Shown here piece by piece: positions 23,611 to 34,847 of a stretch of DNA of 46,375 nucleotides. The notes below the pieces were generated by a model that saw nothing but the letters and a program-made list of their open reading frames with translations, searched no databases and had not been told where the DNA came from. Position 1 is the stretch's first letter; every line of letters starts with the position of its first letter. The translations under genes were made by a program, and so were the position numbers. The stretch is from the NCBI RefSeq assembly GCF_004010195.1, contig NC_057750.1:9868062-9914436 (forward strand), given 5' to 3'. Source of the DNA: Chiloscyllium plagiosum (taxonomy: Eukaryota).

Positions 23611-23655
23611 GGCGTTAAAACAGCATCAGCCTGGCTCTGGTAAAAGAGTAAAATC
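23611..23655 (-). promoter_or_regulatory. SDHAF1 5'UTR splice acceptor and 3-codon uORF
   Basis: Minus strand ttttactcttttaccAG|AGCCAGGCTG-ATG CTG TTT TAA-CGCC-ATGG: pyrimidine tract plus CAG (exon starts 23636), alternative CAG 6 nt downstream, uORF 23626-23615. Confidence 0.65.
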
Positions 23656-23756
23656 AATGTTGTGGCACCTCCTCTATTTAACTTCCAAAATATGTCATCA
23701 ACATCAAGCCTACACTTGCAATTGCTCTGAAGAAAGTACTGTTTAGATTAGATTAC

Positions 23757-24047
23757 TTAGTGTGGAAACAGGCCCTTCGGCCCAACAAGTCCACACCGAC
23801 CCGCCGAAGCGCAACCCACCCAGACCCTATTCCCCTACATTTACCTTCACCTAACACTACGGGCAATTTAGCATGGCCAATTCACCTAACCTGCACATTT
23901 TTGGACTGTGGGAGGAAACCGGAGCATCCGGAGGAAACCCACGCAGATATGGGGAGAATGTGCAAACTCCACACACACAGTTGCCTGAGGTGGGAATTGA
24001 ACCTGGTTCTCTGGCGCTGTGAGGCAGCAGTGCTAACCACTGTGCCT
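23757..24047 (-). mobile_element. HE1/V-SINE (little diverged), abutting a Penelope-terminus fragment at ~24048-24160
   Basis: Head GGCACAGTGGTTAGCACTGCTGCCTCACAGCGCCAG, V-domain, tail GGGCCTGTTTCCACACTAAGTAATCTAATCTAA. Confidence 0.9.
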
Positions 24048-24439
24048 CCTTCATCAGGGCTTTTGCCTGAAACATCGATTTTCCTGTTCCTCGGATGCTG
24101 CCTGACCTGCTGTGCTTTTCCAGCTCCACTCTAATCTCCAGCATCTGCAGTCCCCACTTACGACTATTTGATGCTTCTGTAATGTGATATTCAGTGACCC
24201 TGCCTCCTCCACTCTGGGGAAGAAGGCTCCTCAGATTTATGAGTCTCTGAAACATTTCCCCTCATTTCAGGTTAAATAGCAGACTCCTTATTTTTAAATC
24301 GTGTCTCCCAGTTCTAATCTCTCGCACGAGCAATACATCCTGTCAGCATCCACCCCGTGAAGGCTCCTTGGGTTTTTATGTATTTCAATGTTTATTCGTC
24401 TCTGGAAAAGAAAGGATTTGTTTTTAATTTATTCATGAG

Positions 24440-24750
24440 TGGCACAGTGGCAGCACTGCTGCCTCACAGCACCAGGGACCTGGGTTCGATTCCAACCTCA
24501 GGTGACTGCCTGTGTGGAGCTTGCACAGTCTCCCCGTGTCTGTGTGGGTTTCCTCCGGATGGTCCGGTTTCCTCCCGCAATCCAAAAGATGAGAAGGTTA
24601 GGTGAATTGGCCATGCTAAATTGCCCGTAGTGTTCAGGGATGTATAGGTTAGGTACATGAGTCAAAAGTAAACGTCTGGGTGGGATACTCTTCGGAGGGT
24701 GATGTGGTCTTGTTGGGCCAAAGGGCCTGATTCCACACTGTAGGGATTCT
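24440..24750 (+). mobile_element. HE1/V-SINE
   Basis: GGCACAGTGGCAGCACTGCTGCCTCACAGCACCAGGGACCTGGGTTCGATTCC (B box GTTCGATTCC), V-domain, tail GGGCCTGATTCCACACTGTAGGGATTCT. Confidence 0.9.
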
Positions 24751-25839
24751 AATTCTTAAAAATAAGCGTGCCTCATTTGTGGAATGCAGGCGTTGCTGGC
24801 TAGGCCAGCATTTATTACCCGTCCCTAATTGCCCCTTGAGAAGGTGGGGGTGAGCTCCCTTCTCGAACCACCTGCTGTGGGCTGACCCACAAAAACATTT
24901 GGGAGGGAATTCCAAGATTTTGACTCAACAACAGGGAAGGAATATTTATCTATTTCCAAGTCCGAATTGTGAGTGGCTTGGATGGGAACCTCTAAGAAGT
25001 GGTGTTTCCCTGTATCTGGTGCCCTTCAAGCTGGAAGTGGCCATGGGTTTGGAAGGTGCTGTTTGAGGATCTTTAGTGAATTTCTGGATTGAGGGAAGAT
25101 GGTGGTGGATTGGCAATGTCACTAGAGTAGTAACCTAGATTCAATATGTTAACTCTGTTTCCTCTCCACAGATCCTATCAGACCTCCAGCAATTTTTGTT
25201 CTTGTTCGCAATCCAGAGACCCAGACTAATGCTCAGAGTACATAGTTTAAAATCCCACCATGGCAGCTAATGAAAATTAATAAACCTGGAGATGAAAGCT
25301 AACTTCAGTTATGAGGACTGAGGAAACTGCCTCCCCAAAACCCAGACAAAAACCCCCAGCATTCCCTCTCCCTCAACCCCAAACTGATGAAGCTCCTGCT
25401 CCCCAGATCGGAGTCCTTTCCCCTGCTCCATTCCCTTCAGCCCCTAATAGGATCAGATGGCCCAACACATACTGTCCAATTTCTCCACCATGCCTGCCAG
25501 ACCTGACATTCCCCAAACTCACCCTGACCTAAACAATCCACTTACCCAGAATTCAAGGCTGAGCTAGATGGATTCTTGATTAGCTGGGGAATCAGGTGTT
25601 ATGGCAGGAAAATGGACGTGAGGAATGCTGGATTAGTCATGGTTTTTATTGAATGGTGCAGCAAGGTCAGGGGTAAGCAGCCTACTCCTCTTCCCATTTC
25701 TTACCGTCTTACCCCAGCCTCCTGGCACACTAACCTCACACATAGCTCATGTTGCAACAGTCAAGGTCTGCAATGCTGGACCTTTTTTTTAAAAAACCTG
25801 AAAATATTGCTCCAGGAAACGGAGCATGGTTTGCCCACC

Positions 25840-26730
25840 TGACCACCCGTCCCCACCCGTCCCCACCCCATCTGTTCTCAAACACCTCCCCCGGACTAGT
25901 ATACCCCTCACTTCCCTGATAGTAGAAGGGTTGTGGGGTGAACTACCAGCGCCCTATCCTCCCCTGACTGCCCCACCCTAACCCCCCTCCCCTCTCCTAC
26001 TGACCCTCACTCCATCTCCATCCCTCCCCTGGCTGTCCTACCTCCCTCCCACTGACTCTCTCCTGACTGCCCTACACCCAAGTCTCTATCCCGCCCTCCT
26101 CCTACCGACCCCACCCCATCCTACACCCAACTGCTCTGCCCCGCCCCGGTTTTACAACCCCCCCCCCTGCACCCCCCNNNNNNNNNNNNNNNNNNNNNNN
26201 NNNNNNNNNNNNNNNNNNNNNNNNNNNNNNNNNNNNNNNNNNNNNNNNNNNNNNNNNNNNNNNNNNNNNNNNNNNNNNNNNNNNNNNNNNNNNNNNNNNN
26301 NNNNNNNNNNNNNNNNNNNNNNNNNNNNNNNNNNNNNNNNNNNNNNNNNNNNNNNNNNNNNNNNNNNNNNNNNNNNNNNNNNNNNNNNNNNNNNNNNNNN
26401 NNNNNNNNNNNNNNNNNNNNNNNNNNNNNNNNNNNNNNNNNNNNNNNNNNNNNNNNNNNNNNNNNNNNNNNNNNNNNNNNNNNNNNNNNNNNNNNNNNNN
26501 NNNNNNNNNNNNNNNNNNNNNNNNNNNNNNNNNNNNNNNNNNNNNNNNNNNNNNNNNNNNNNNNNNNNNNNNNNNNNNNNNNNNNNNNNNNNNNNNNNNN
26601 NNNNNNNNNNNNNNNNNNNNNNNNNNNNNNNNNNNNNNNNACTGCTCTGCCCCGTCCATGTTTTACAACCCCTCCTACTGAACCCTCCCCTGACTGCCCT
26701 AGCCCCACCCCTGCCCAACACCCCCTCCTC
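25840..26730. repeat. C-rich low-complexity/tandem repeat spanning a 463-N assembly gap (26178-26640)
   Basis: Both gap flanks carry ACTGCTCTGCCCCG...GTTTTACAACCCC and CCTGACTGCCC units. Confidence 0.8.
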
Positions 26731-27100
26731 CCAGCTGGCTTACTCTAACAGGCTCCTGTGTTTCTCAACTGGGCCTGAACCAGAATCTCTGATCAGGAAA
26801 TGTGGAGCTCTCTGGGTTTTTATTGTTTAAAAAGGAGGCGAGCAGCCACCTGTTTCCACCCTGATTAAATATTTGCAGCACACTCTGTTTGCAGTCCAGG
26901 GTTTCCAGCCTCCCTCAGCCCCCTGAGCACGTTGGCCTTTCATTCCCCACAGAGACACACCCAGTGGCCAATTAGTCCTTCACATTGCCCATGAAGCCAG
27001 TGACCTACTCAGTTCCTGACGGTCAGATCGCAGCCCTTTTTCCCATCTTTACATCCACAATGAACCAGATATCCCACTTACCAGTTACCTGGAAACTTCC

Positions 27101-27682
27101 GGTCCTCCCACCGCAGCGCCACCCACCGCCACTGCCTGACGGTGGTCCTCCCACCGCAGCGCCACCCATCGCCACTGCCTGACGGTGGTCCTCCCACCGC
27201 AGCGCCACCCACCGCCACTGCCTGACGGTGGTCCTCCCACCGCAGCGCCACCCATCGCCACTGCCTGACGGTGGTCCTCCCAGCGCAGCGCCACCCATCG
27301 GCCACTGCCTGACGGTGGTCCTCCCAGCGCAGCGCCACCCATCGCCACTGACCTGACGGTGGTCCTCCCACCACAGCGCCACTGACTGACGGTGGTCCTC
27401 CCACCGCAGTGCCACCCATCGCCACTGCCTGACGGTGGTCCTCCCAGAGCAGCGCCACCCATCGCCACTGCCTGACGGTGGTCCTCCCAGCGCAGCGCCA
27501 CCCATCGCCACTGCCTCACTGTTGTTCCTCCCAGCGCAGCGCCACCCATCGCCACTGACCTGACGGTGGTCCTCCCAGCGCAGCGCCACCCATCGCCACT
27601 GCCTCACTGTTCCTCCCTGCACAGTGCCCCCATCGCCACTGACTGACTGTGGTCCTCCCAGTGCAGCCCCACCCATCACCAC
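27101..27682. repeat. GC-rich minisatellite, 43-bp unit, ~13-14 copies
   Basis: Unit GGTGGTCCTCCCACCGCAGCGCCACCCATCGCCACTGCCTGAC (starts 27141, 27184, 27227...). One further diverged unit at ~28088-28132, beyond the Penelope fragment. Confidence 0.95.
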
Positions 27683-27689
27683 TTAGAAT

Positions 27690-28830
27690 ACTTCAACTTC
27701 CCTCCCACTCCGCTAAGGGCACGCAGGACCTGGGGCTCCTACATCGCCACACCCTAACCACCCGCCCAGGGCATCAATGTGGAATTTGCCAGTTTCCTCA
27801 TTTCCCCAGCCCCCACCTTATCCCAGTTCCAACCTTCCAACAAAGCACCGTCCTCTTGACCTATCCTACCTGACCATCTTCCTTCCCACCTATCCATTCC
27901 ACCCTATTGCCATCCCACCTACCTATCGCACTCTCAGCTACCTTCTCCCCAACCCTACCTTCACCCCCACCCCCTCCCATTTATCACTCCACCCCCTTGG
28001 CCCACAAGCCTCATTCCTGCTGAAGGGCTCTTGCCTGAAACGTCGATTCTCCTGCTCCTCAGATGTTGCCCGACCTGCTGTGCTTTTCCATTGCCACTAA
28101 CTGCTGTCTCCCCAGTGCAGCGCCACCCATTATCCCAGACTGTGAGGTGGTGGTGATCAGAGTCAAAGCACAGCAGATCAGATAGCATCGGAGGAGCGAG
28201 AGTGTCGACGTTTCAAGCTGATGCCCTTCATCAGGAATACTGAGATAAATAGGCAGGGTGGGGCTGGGGGGAAGGTAGTTAGGAATGCGATAGGTAGATG
28301 GAGGTGGGGATAATGGTGATAGGTCAGAGCAGAGGGTAGAGCAGATAGGTGGGAAGGAAGATGGACAGGCAGGACAGTTCAAGAGGGGAGTGCTCAGTTG
28401 GAGGGTTGGATCTGGGATAAGGTCAGGGAGGGGAGATGGGGAAACTGGTTAAATTGACATTGATTCCGTGTGGTTGGAGAGTCCTGAGGCAGAAGATGAG
28501 ATGTTCTTCCTCCAGTCGTCAGGTGTCTAGGATTTAGCGGTGGAGAAGGCCCAGGACTTGCATGTCCTGGATGGAGTGGGAGGGGCAAGTTAAGTGGTCA
28601 GTCACAGAGCGGTGAGGTTGTTTAGTGAATGGCCTGGAGGTGTTCTCTGCGTTGGTGTCCTGTCTTCGTTATGTAGAGGAGACCACATCGAAAGCAATGG
28701 CCACAATTGAGGTATTTGGATGTGCAGGAAAATCTCTGTTAGGTGTGGAAGGACCCTTTGGGACCTTAGACAGAGGGGGGGGGGGGGGGGGGGGGGAAGG
28801 TATGGGTGCAGGTTCTACACCTCTTGCGGT
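27690..28830. mobile_element. Two convergent Neptune-like Penelope 3' fragments (+ ~27690-28087; - ~28150-28830)
   Basis: Homologous to 17870-18320; hammerhead-like cores at 28017-28044 (CTGCTGA, mutated) and 28207-28234 (minus strand, CTGATGA). Confidence 0.8.
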
Positions 28831-29414
28831 GGCTAGGGAAGGTGGTGGGAGTGAAGGGTGGGTTGCACTGCACCACCCTCCGCCATTTCCAACACCTAGT
28901 CAGACCCTACCACCAGAGATACATTTCCCTCCCCACCCTTTTCAACATTCTGCAGAGACAATTCCCTCTGCGATTCCCTTGTTAGGTCCACACCACCAAC
29001 CCCTTCTCCACTCCTGGCTATCACCTCTCCCCCCCCCCCCCCCCTATCCACCCCATGTTATGCTGAGCAAGTAAATAATTTTTCTTATACTTCAGTAGCC
29101 AATTTACCAAAAGGTTAGATTATGGAGAGGCAGTGCTTTATAGTTTGCTACTATTTGGGTACTGACAGCAAGCACAATTTAGAATAGTGACATTAGTCAT
29201 TTCACAGCAAACTGGTATTAAACTTGCAAACCCTTGGTTAATATTTAGCCTTTTTGTGATTTTAAAGTCAGAGATGAATCTCAAGAGTCATTGAGCTTCA
29301 CCCATCACACTGTGGAATTCAGGGAATGTGCCACCAAAGTCTAGACATTAGCACTCAGGGGTGGAGAGATGGTTTGGACTTAGAATGGATCAAAAACCAA
29401 ACTAGACACATTAC

Positions 29415-29960
29415 ATACTGCAATGAGTAACTCAGTCCTGATTCCCCAAAGCCTGTCCATCATCTGCAAAGCACAAATCAGGAGTGTGATGGAATACTCC
29501 TCACCTATTTGGATGAGTACAGCTCCAATAACACTCACCATCCTTGGCAAAACAGCCCAGTTGACTGGCACCACATGCAAAAAACATTCACTCCCTCCAC
29601 TATTAATGCCCAGTGGCACTAGTGTGCAATATCTACAAGATGCGCTGCAGAAATTTCAAGGATCCTTAGACAGCACCATGCAAACCCATGACCACTTCCA
29701 TCTAGAAGAACAAGAGCAGCAGATAAATGGGAACACGGCCAACTTCAAGTCACTCACCATCCTGACTTGGAAATATACTACCATTCCTTCAGTGTCATTG
29801 TGTCAAAGACCTGGAATTCCCTCCTTAATGGCATTATGGGACAACCCACAGCACATGGTCTCCAGGGGTTGAAGAAAACAGTCAACGGGAGTTAGGGACG
29901 GGCAATAAATGTTGGCCAGCCAGTGATGCCCACATTCCACAAATGAATAAAAAAAAAACC
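29415..29960 (+). mobile_element. Non-LTR retrotransposon (CR1-group) 3' end with A-rich tail
   Basis: LSIICKAQIRSVMEYSSPIWMSTAPITL resembles the post-RT LYKAQIRxxMEY motif. Tail GGGCAATAAATGTTGGCCAGCC...AATGAATAAAAAAAAAA. Antisense copies of this family at ~24775-25090 and ~36675-37090. Confidence 0.75.
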
Positions 29961-31429
29961 CACTATCACCTTGAGAGACAAGGGCAACAGAGGAATGAAT
30001 ACATTACTATTGCAAGTTCCCCTCCACGCTATACTCTGCACAATACTGATGACCATCCCTAATTAGAACTAGAATCACTCCTTTATGGGTCAATTTCCAG
30101 GATAACTCCATCCTAATCATGCTGTCATCTTAAACTGCTGCAGTAATGTGGGATCAGTACACAATATGGCAAACTGGAGAACATGGTTCAATATGGCTAA
30201 ATGCCAAAGTAATTCATTTTGGATACAAAAAAAAAGACAAACTGCATATTTTACCACCTTTTCATGATTAAGAACAGGAGGAACAAAATAATTTATGGGG
30301 TTCAAGCACACAAGTCACTAGAAGCTACTTTTAAAAGATACAAAAAGGTCAATCACAAAGTCTAATGGGTTGTTATTCCTTGTCTTCAGTGTTCAGTAGA
30401 AAGACAAGGAGATGCTTCAGTTATTATACAGAGCCTTTCATTGGGAGTAACAAGTTCAGCTTAGAGAAAAGTTTATACAGAACTTGAAGCAGATAGTGCT
30501 TCATGCAGAAGCAGATGTGGGGGCGAATGATGACTGATTGCATAAATATGGCTTGTATTCCTTGAGATTAGAAGGTTGAGAGATTAAGTCAGACATATTT
30601 GAAATACATTAAGAAATAAGTTAGATACCAAGAAATGGAAAAAGGGATCACAATCTTACAATGAAAGCAAGGCTAGAAATAAAAGCAGGAAAGACTCTTT
30701 CCACTTAAGGACTACAGGAAAACCTTCTCCCACCTTCTAAAGCCTATGAATGCTGTAACTAATTTTCAAAATAGACCAATTAACCTAATAAAAATGTATT
30801 TATCAAGGGATATAGAAACTGGAACAAAAAAAAAATGGGTAAATGGAACAGAGGCCTAGATCAGGCATACTCTAACTGAATGGAAGAGATTTAAGGAGCT
30901 GGCAATATCCTCTCATTCATAATTCTCTTCATTCATCCCACTACAGTATTAGCTGTCAACCTCACTATCCCCCTACCCTGTGAAACCTGTTAGCCTTGAC
31001 CGTTGTACTTTTCCCAACAGTACCTTCATCACACTACACACAAGCACAGAGTTACGTTCCATCCCTAGTGTCGAAGCTGGCTTTGCCTGCCTGCTCCTTT
31101 GAAGTCACTGCTGACCACTATCTCGATCCTCCAGGAAACAAAGTGTGGCTTCCTGCATACATCAATTAATCCAGTGTGTTCCTCTCAGAAAAACAGCAAG
31201 CATATTGTGTCACAACCTATAACACACACCATGTGTTGGAAAGAATTCTGGAACTTCTATCATGACTATCTGTAGATCCAGATTACAATACGCATATAAA
31301 AGTTCAAGTTGTTACGCCAACATGGACTCTGAATGAACTGTAACATGGCACTACCAAAATAGTATTACTATAGAAGACAATATAATGGTTTTTACTGTCA
31401 AATCTCCATACACTGTACAGGTAATAATC

Positions 31430-31687
31430 TTTATTTGGACCATTTACTACTTAAGTCAGTGTTCTTTGCACATTAATCAGTCATGTAGAAATAGCACCTT
31501 TACCTTCCCACCCACTATGTTAATTAGAAACAGGTTTTATTGTTAATGAAATCAAATAATTAGAGGAAGATTCTGATGCATGTTTTGCTGTCCAAATCAG
31601 TTATAAATATAGTTTACATAACAATGGCTAATTCAAGAATTGATCAGAATACAATGTAAAGCCTCCATGAGGTAAGGATGCTTTATT
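31430..31687 (-). promoter_or_regulatory. Cluster of three AATAAA polyadenylation signals, probable TBCB 3' end
   Basis: TTTATT on + at 31430-31435, 31536-31541 and 31682-31687, at the far end of a ~1.3-1.6 kb AT-rich stretch downstream of the TBCB stop in which I recognise no repeats. Confidence 0.5.
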
Positions 31688-32994
31688 TCTCCACTATCTT
31701 TTACATCTCACCACAAAAAACACATAGGTATTTTTGTCCCAAAACTTTACTGCAGGGGCAACCTTAATAGTGCAGTCAACTGTCAAACACATCTTGGTGA
31801 TCAAGTAATAGGTTTCCAACAGATGGTTTTTTTCTTTTAAAACATTTATACCAGAAAAAATGAGATATAAGTAAACGGTGCTGTACTTCAAAATGTTAAT
31901 TTCTCACTGGATTTGAAGGATAATCAAAGAGAATGTCCAGTAGTACAAGTTAAGGCAGAAACAGAAATGTTGTTTTCATTCAACACAAAAAATGTTAGGC
32001 GCACACCCTCCTTATAAAGCAACATTTCAGTGACATAGGAGTAAATCATTGTCCCATCCTTTTAAAGAGAAGGATGGAGATGTTTGGCAAGATAATGTAC
32101 ACTTTACAATCTCAATTAAATGTTATGAACTCACAAGAAAAGAATAAAAGAAAACATTAGTAAAAAAAAGACATGTTTACCATCCAATGTCTTACACAGC
32201 TGATGTGACAGTCTTGTGCATAAATAACTTAGGTCAGTACAGAATCAAGGCAGTATTGATGCAAGATTTAAAGCCTTTGTTTGCAGAAGTTGCATCAACA
32301 GGTGTCTTAGAATAAATTAAAATCATTTAAGACCTATTGTTGTGACTTTCAATCACAGGAAACAAGTGATATACAATCTGCTACTTTAAAGTGGTATTCA
32401 CCAATGTAGCTGGCAATATTATCTAAAGTTACTATTGTGGCAATCAGCAGCAGATCATTGATTTCAACTTTTGATCTTTGCCCTAGTGAGAAAAAATATG
32501 TAAGTATAAATGACACAAAATTCAAAAAGGGATCAAATGTTCTTTCACAAATATGCCTAAATAAGCTGTGATGGGCATTATGGAAGAATGTCCAGGTCTG
32601 ATGTTATATGATATCAATTACCATGGCTTACATTAGGACTAGCAATTTTTCACGCAAGTGTTTCCTCAGAAATCCCAGCAGTGACATGGGCAGTGACTAG
32701 CTGTCAAACTAGTGTATGTTGCAAACTCAGCAAATTTACAAGTAACTAGTGTCAGCCAGTAAATTAGAAATCTTAATCTTGCTAATATAAGCGTAATGGT
32801 CATCTCTATTTCACCATGAGCCAAAACTCTATCTGTAGAGCATGTAAACAAGATAACATCAAAGTCCCAACATATTCAGGAATTCCAAGCACCTGAATGT
32901 GGCTGTAAGGAATAATCAACGTAGTCAGCATTATAAGGACAAAAGTCCACAGATAGTGTGTCAATGCTTCCAAGCTGTAGGCAATTAGTAGTAT

Positions 32995-33112
32995 TCACAT
33001 TTCGTCATTTAGACCATAGTCCTCCTCCGGATAATCTCCCACTGTTACAGATTGTGGCTTCACAAATGCACCATATTTGTTGTGACACTGAAAATATCTC
33101 TTCCCATTCACA
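32995..33112 (-). CDS. TBCB: TBCB last coding exon 6, 118 nt including TGA
   Basis: (S)[38 protein letters not shown], matching the TBCB C-terminus. Acceptor tttcttttgcAG. Exons 2-6 total 624 nt (207 codons plus stop) with no frameshift. Confidence 0.97.
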
Positions 33113-33307
33113 CTGCAAAAGAAACAAACAAACAAAAAAGGAATTAATGCTGAATACTCAAGTTCTGTACTAACAAACAACAAAAAGCAACTACATAAAC
33201 AGCAGGATACTCCTGCACAGCAGTGGCAATTTTACATTCAAAAAGGCTATTGACTTATTCTGAAATAACAATCACTGGTAGCAATTGAATGTCAAAGCAT
33301 ACTTTAC

Positions 33308-33380
33308 CTGCCATCATGTTTCCCTAAAGGTTCATCATACTTCAGTCCAATCCAATATCCTGGTTTAAAATCTGTTTGAC
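33308..33380 (-). CDS. TBCB: TBCB coding exon 5 (CAP-Gly core), 73 nt
   Basis: (G)[23 protein letters not shown](S). Acceptor tctgtttcAG, donor GTAAAG; phase 1/2. Confidence 0.97.
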
Positions 33381-34032
33381 CTGAAACAGAAAAACTGCAG
33401 ATAAGTCATCAATAGTGTAAGCATGAGAGACTATGTACAAATCCACACCGGAATTGTGTTATGTAGACTATGAATACACATTAAGTAATTGTGAAATATC
33501 CAATGGAGGTCGACAGCAAGACGTATGGGTCCTGGATGAAGCTGCCTCACTTAAAGTGGCCTATGGACTCTTGTTCCTTGTTCAAAATTTCTCAACCAGA
33601 ACGAAGAAACTGAACAAACTTACTTAAAAATAATATTCTTTAGGATACATACAAGAATTATGTAATATTCAAACCAAAACAAATACCCTATGAGTTAGTA
33701 TCCAACCAAGGCCAATGAGGAAAAGCAACAAAGGTCTCCAAAAGATACACAGGTCAGCATAGATCAACAACCATCATTTATTATAATAAAGGTGTTCAAA
33801 ATTTCTCTCTTCCCAATATATGTTACTTCAGAGGTTAGCATTATGTTGTACAATAGAGTCAGAGATGTACAGAACAGAAACACACCCTTTGGTCCAACTC
33901 TCAATCCTCAAACAAAACAAACAAAAAATAAAATCCTCAATTCAGTCTTAAATGGACCCCAAGTTTTAGATTTTCAGAGGAGGAGACATCCTTTCCACAT
34001 TCACCTGGTCAAAACTACACCAAAACTTTATG

Positions 34033-34158
34033 TAGAGAAACCTCAATTAACTGAACAACACTGGAGGGAGTATTTTCTTCAGATACTCGTATAGTTGGAT
34101 AATACAGTTTAACCAAGCATCGGGACTTTGCGATCTTGTTCGGAAAATCCGAAATTCA
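34033..34158. mobile_element. Degenerate Tigger/pogo-like MITE
   Basis: Imperfect TIRs TAGAGAAACCTCAATTAACTGAA / TTCAGATAATCGACATTCCTCTG followed by TA. Confidence 0.45.
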
Positions 34159-34637
34159 GATAATCGACATTCCTCTGTATTCCAATCAAATCAGCTTTAA
34201 ACTTCTAAGGTCTACTGGAATCAGGTTTAGCTTGTCTAATCTTTCCTCAAAGAGATCACTTCATCCCATGTATTATTCTGTGAACCTTCTCTGAACTGCT
34301 TCCAATGCACTTATATCCTTTCTTAGATAAGGAGAATACTATACACCATACTTCAGATGCAGCCTAACCATTGCCCTGCATAACTGTTTTGTGATTTTTA
34401 ACTAGAAATTTCAATATCTGTCTTAATTTTACCAAATGACTGAGCTTTTACTACTACCTAGAGTGGAGAATTCCAAAGTTTAACCATCAGTGAAGAGATT
34501 TCTCTTCATCTCAATCCCAAAGAGCTTGTACTTTATTCTGAAATTGTGTCCCTGGTTCTAGAGCCCACAGTCACGGGAATCAAATGGAATTATCCTTTTA
34601 AGATCAGCTACATTCACATGCCTGTTATAAACATTTT

Positions 34638-34847
34638 CTGGATTAGTGGTGCTGGAAGAGCACAGCAGTTCAGGCAGCATCGAGGAGCAGTAAAATCGAC
34701 GTTTCGGGCAAAAGCCCTTCATCAGGAATAAAGGTTTTGCCCGAAACGTCGATTTTCCTGCTCCTCGGATGCTGCCTGAACTGCTGTGGTCTTCCAGCAC
34801 CACTAGTCCAGAATCTGGTTTCCAGCATCTGCAGTCATTGTTTTTAC
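34638..34847. mobile_element. Fold-back Penelope-derived element with intact hammerhead core; 17-bp TSD; in TBCB intron 4
   Basis: CCTGTTATAAACATTTT at 34621-34637 and 34848-34864; ~75-bp inverted arms; minus-strand CTGATGA-A-GGGC-TTTT-GCCC-GAAAC-GTC at 34725-34698. Confidence 0.9.

Noticed and set aside
26102..26721. Long ORFs full of X
   Set aside because: Translation through the N gap.
27023..27682. Three overlapping repetitive ORFs (219, 156 and 126 aa)
   Set aside because: The 43-bp unit has no stop codon on the minus strand and is not a multiple of 3, so all frames cycle through the same peptides; a minisatellite artefact.
33308..33325. CAP-Gly GKHDG instead of canonical GKNDG
   Set aside because: As I recall, GKHDG is a common natural variant in non-mammalian TBCB orthologues, so not evidence of novelty.
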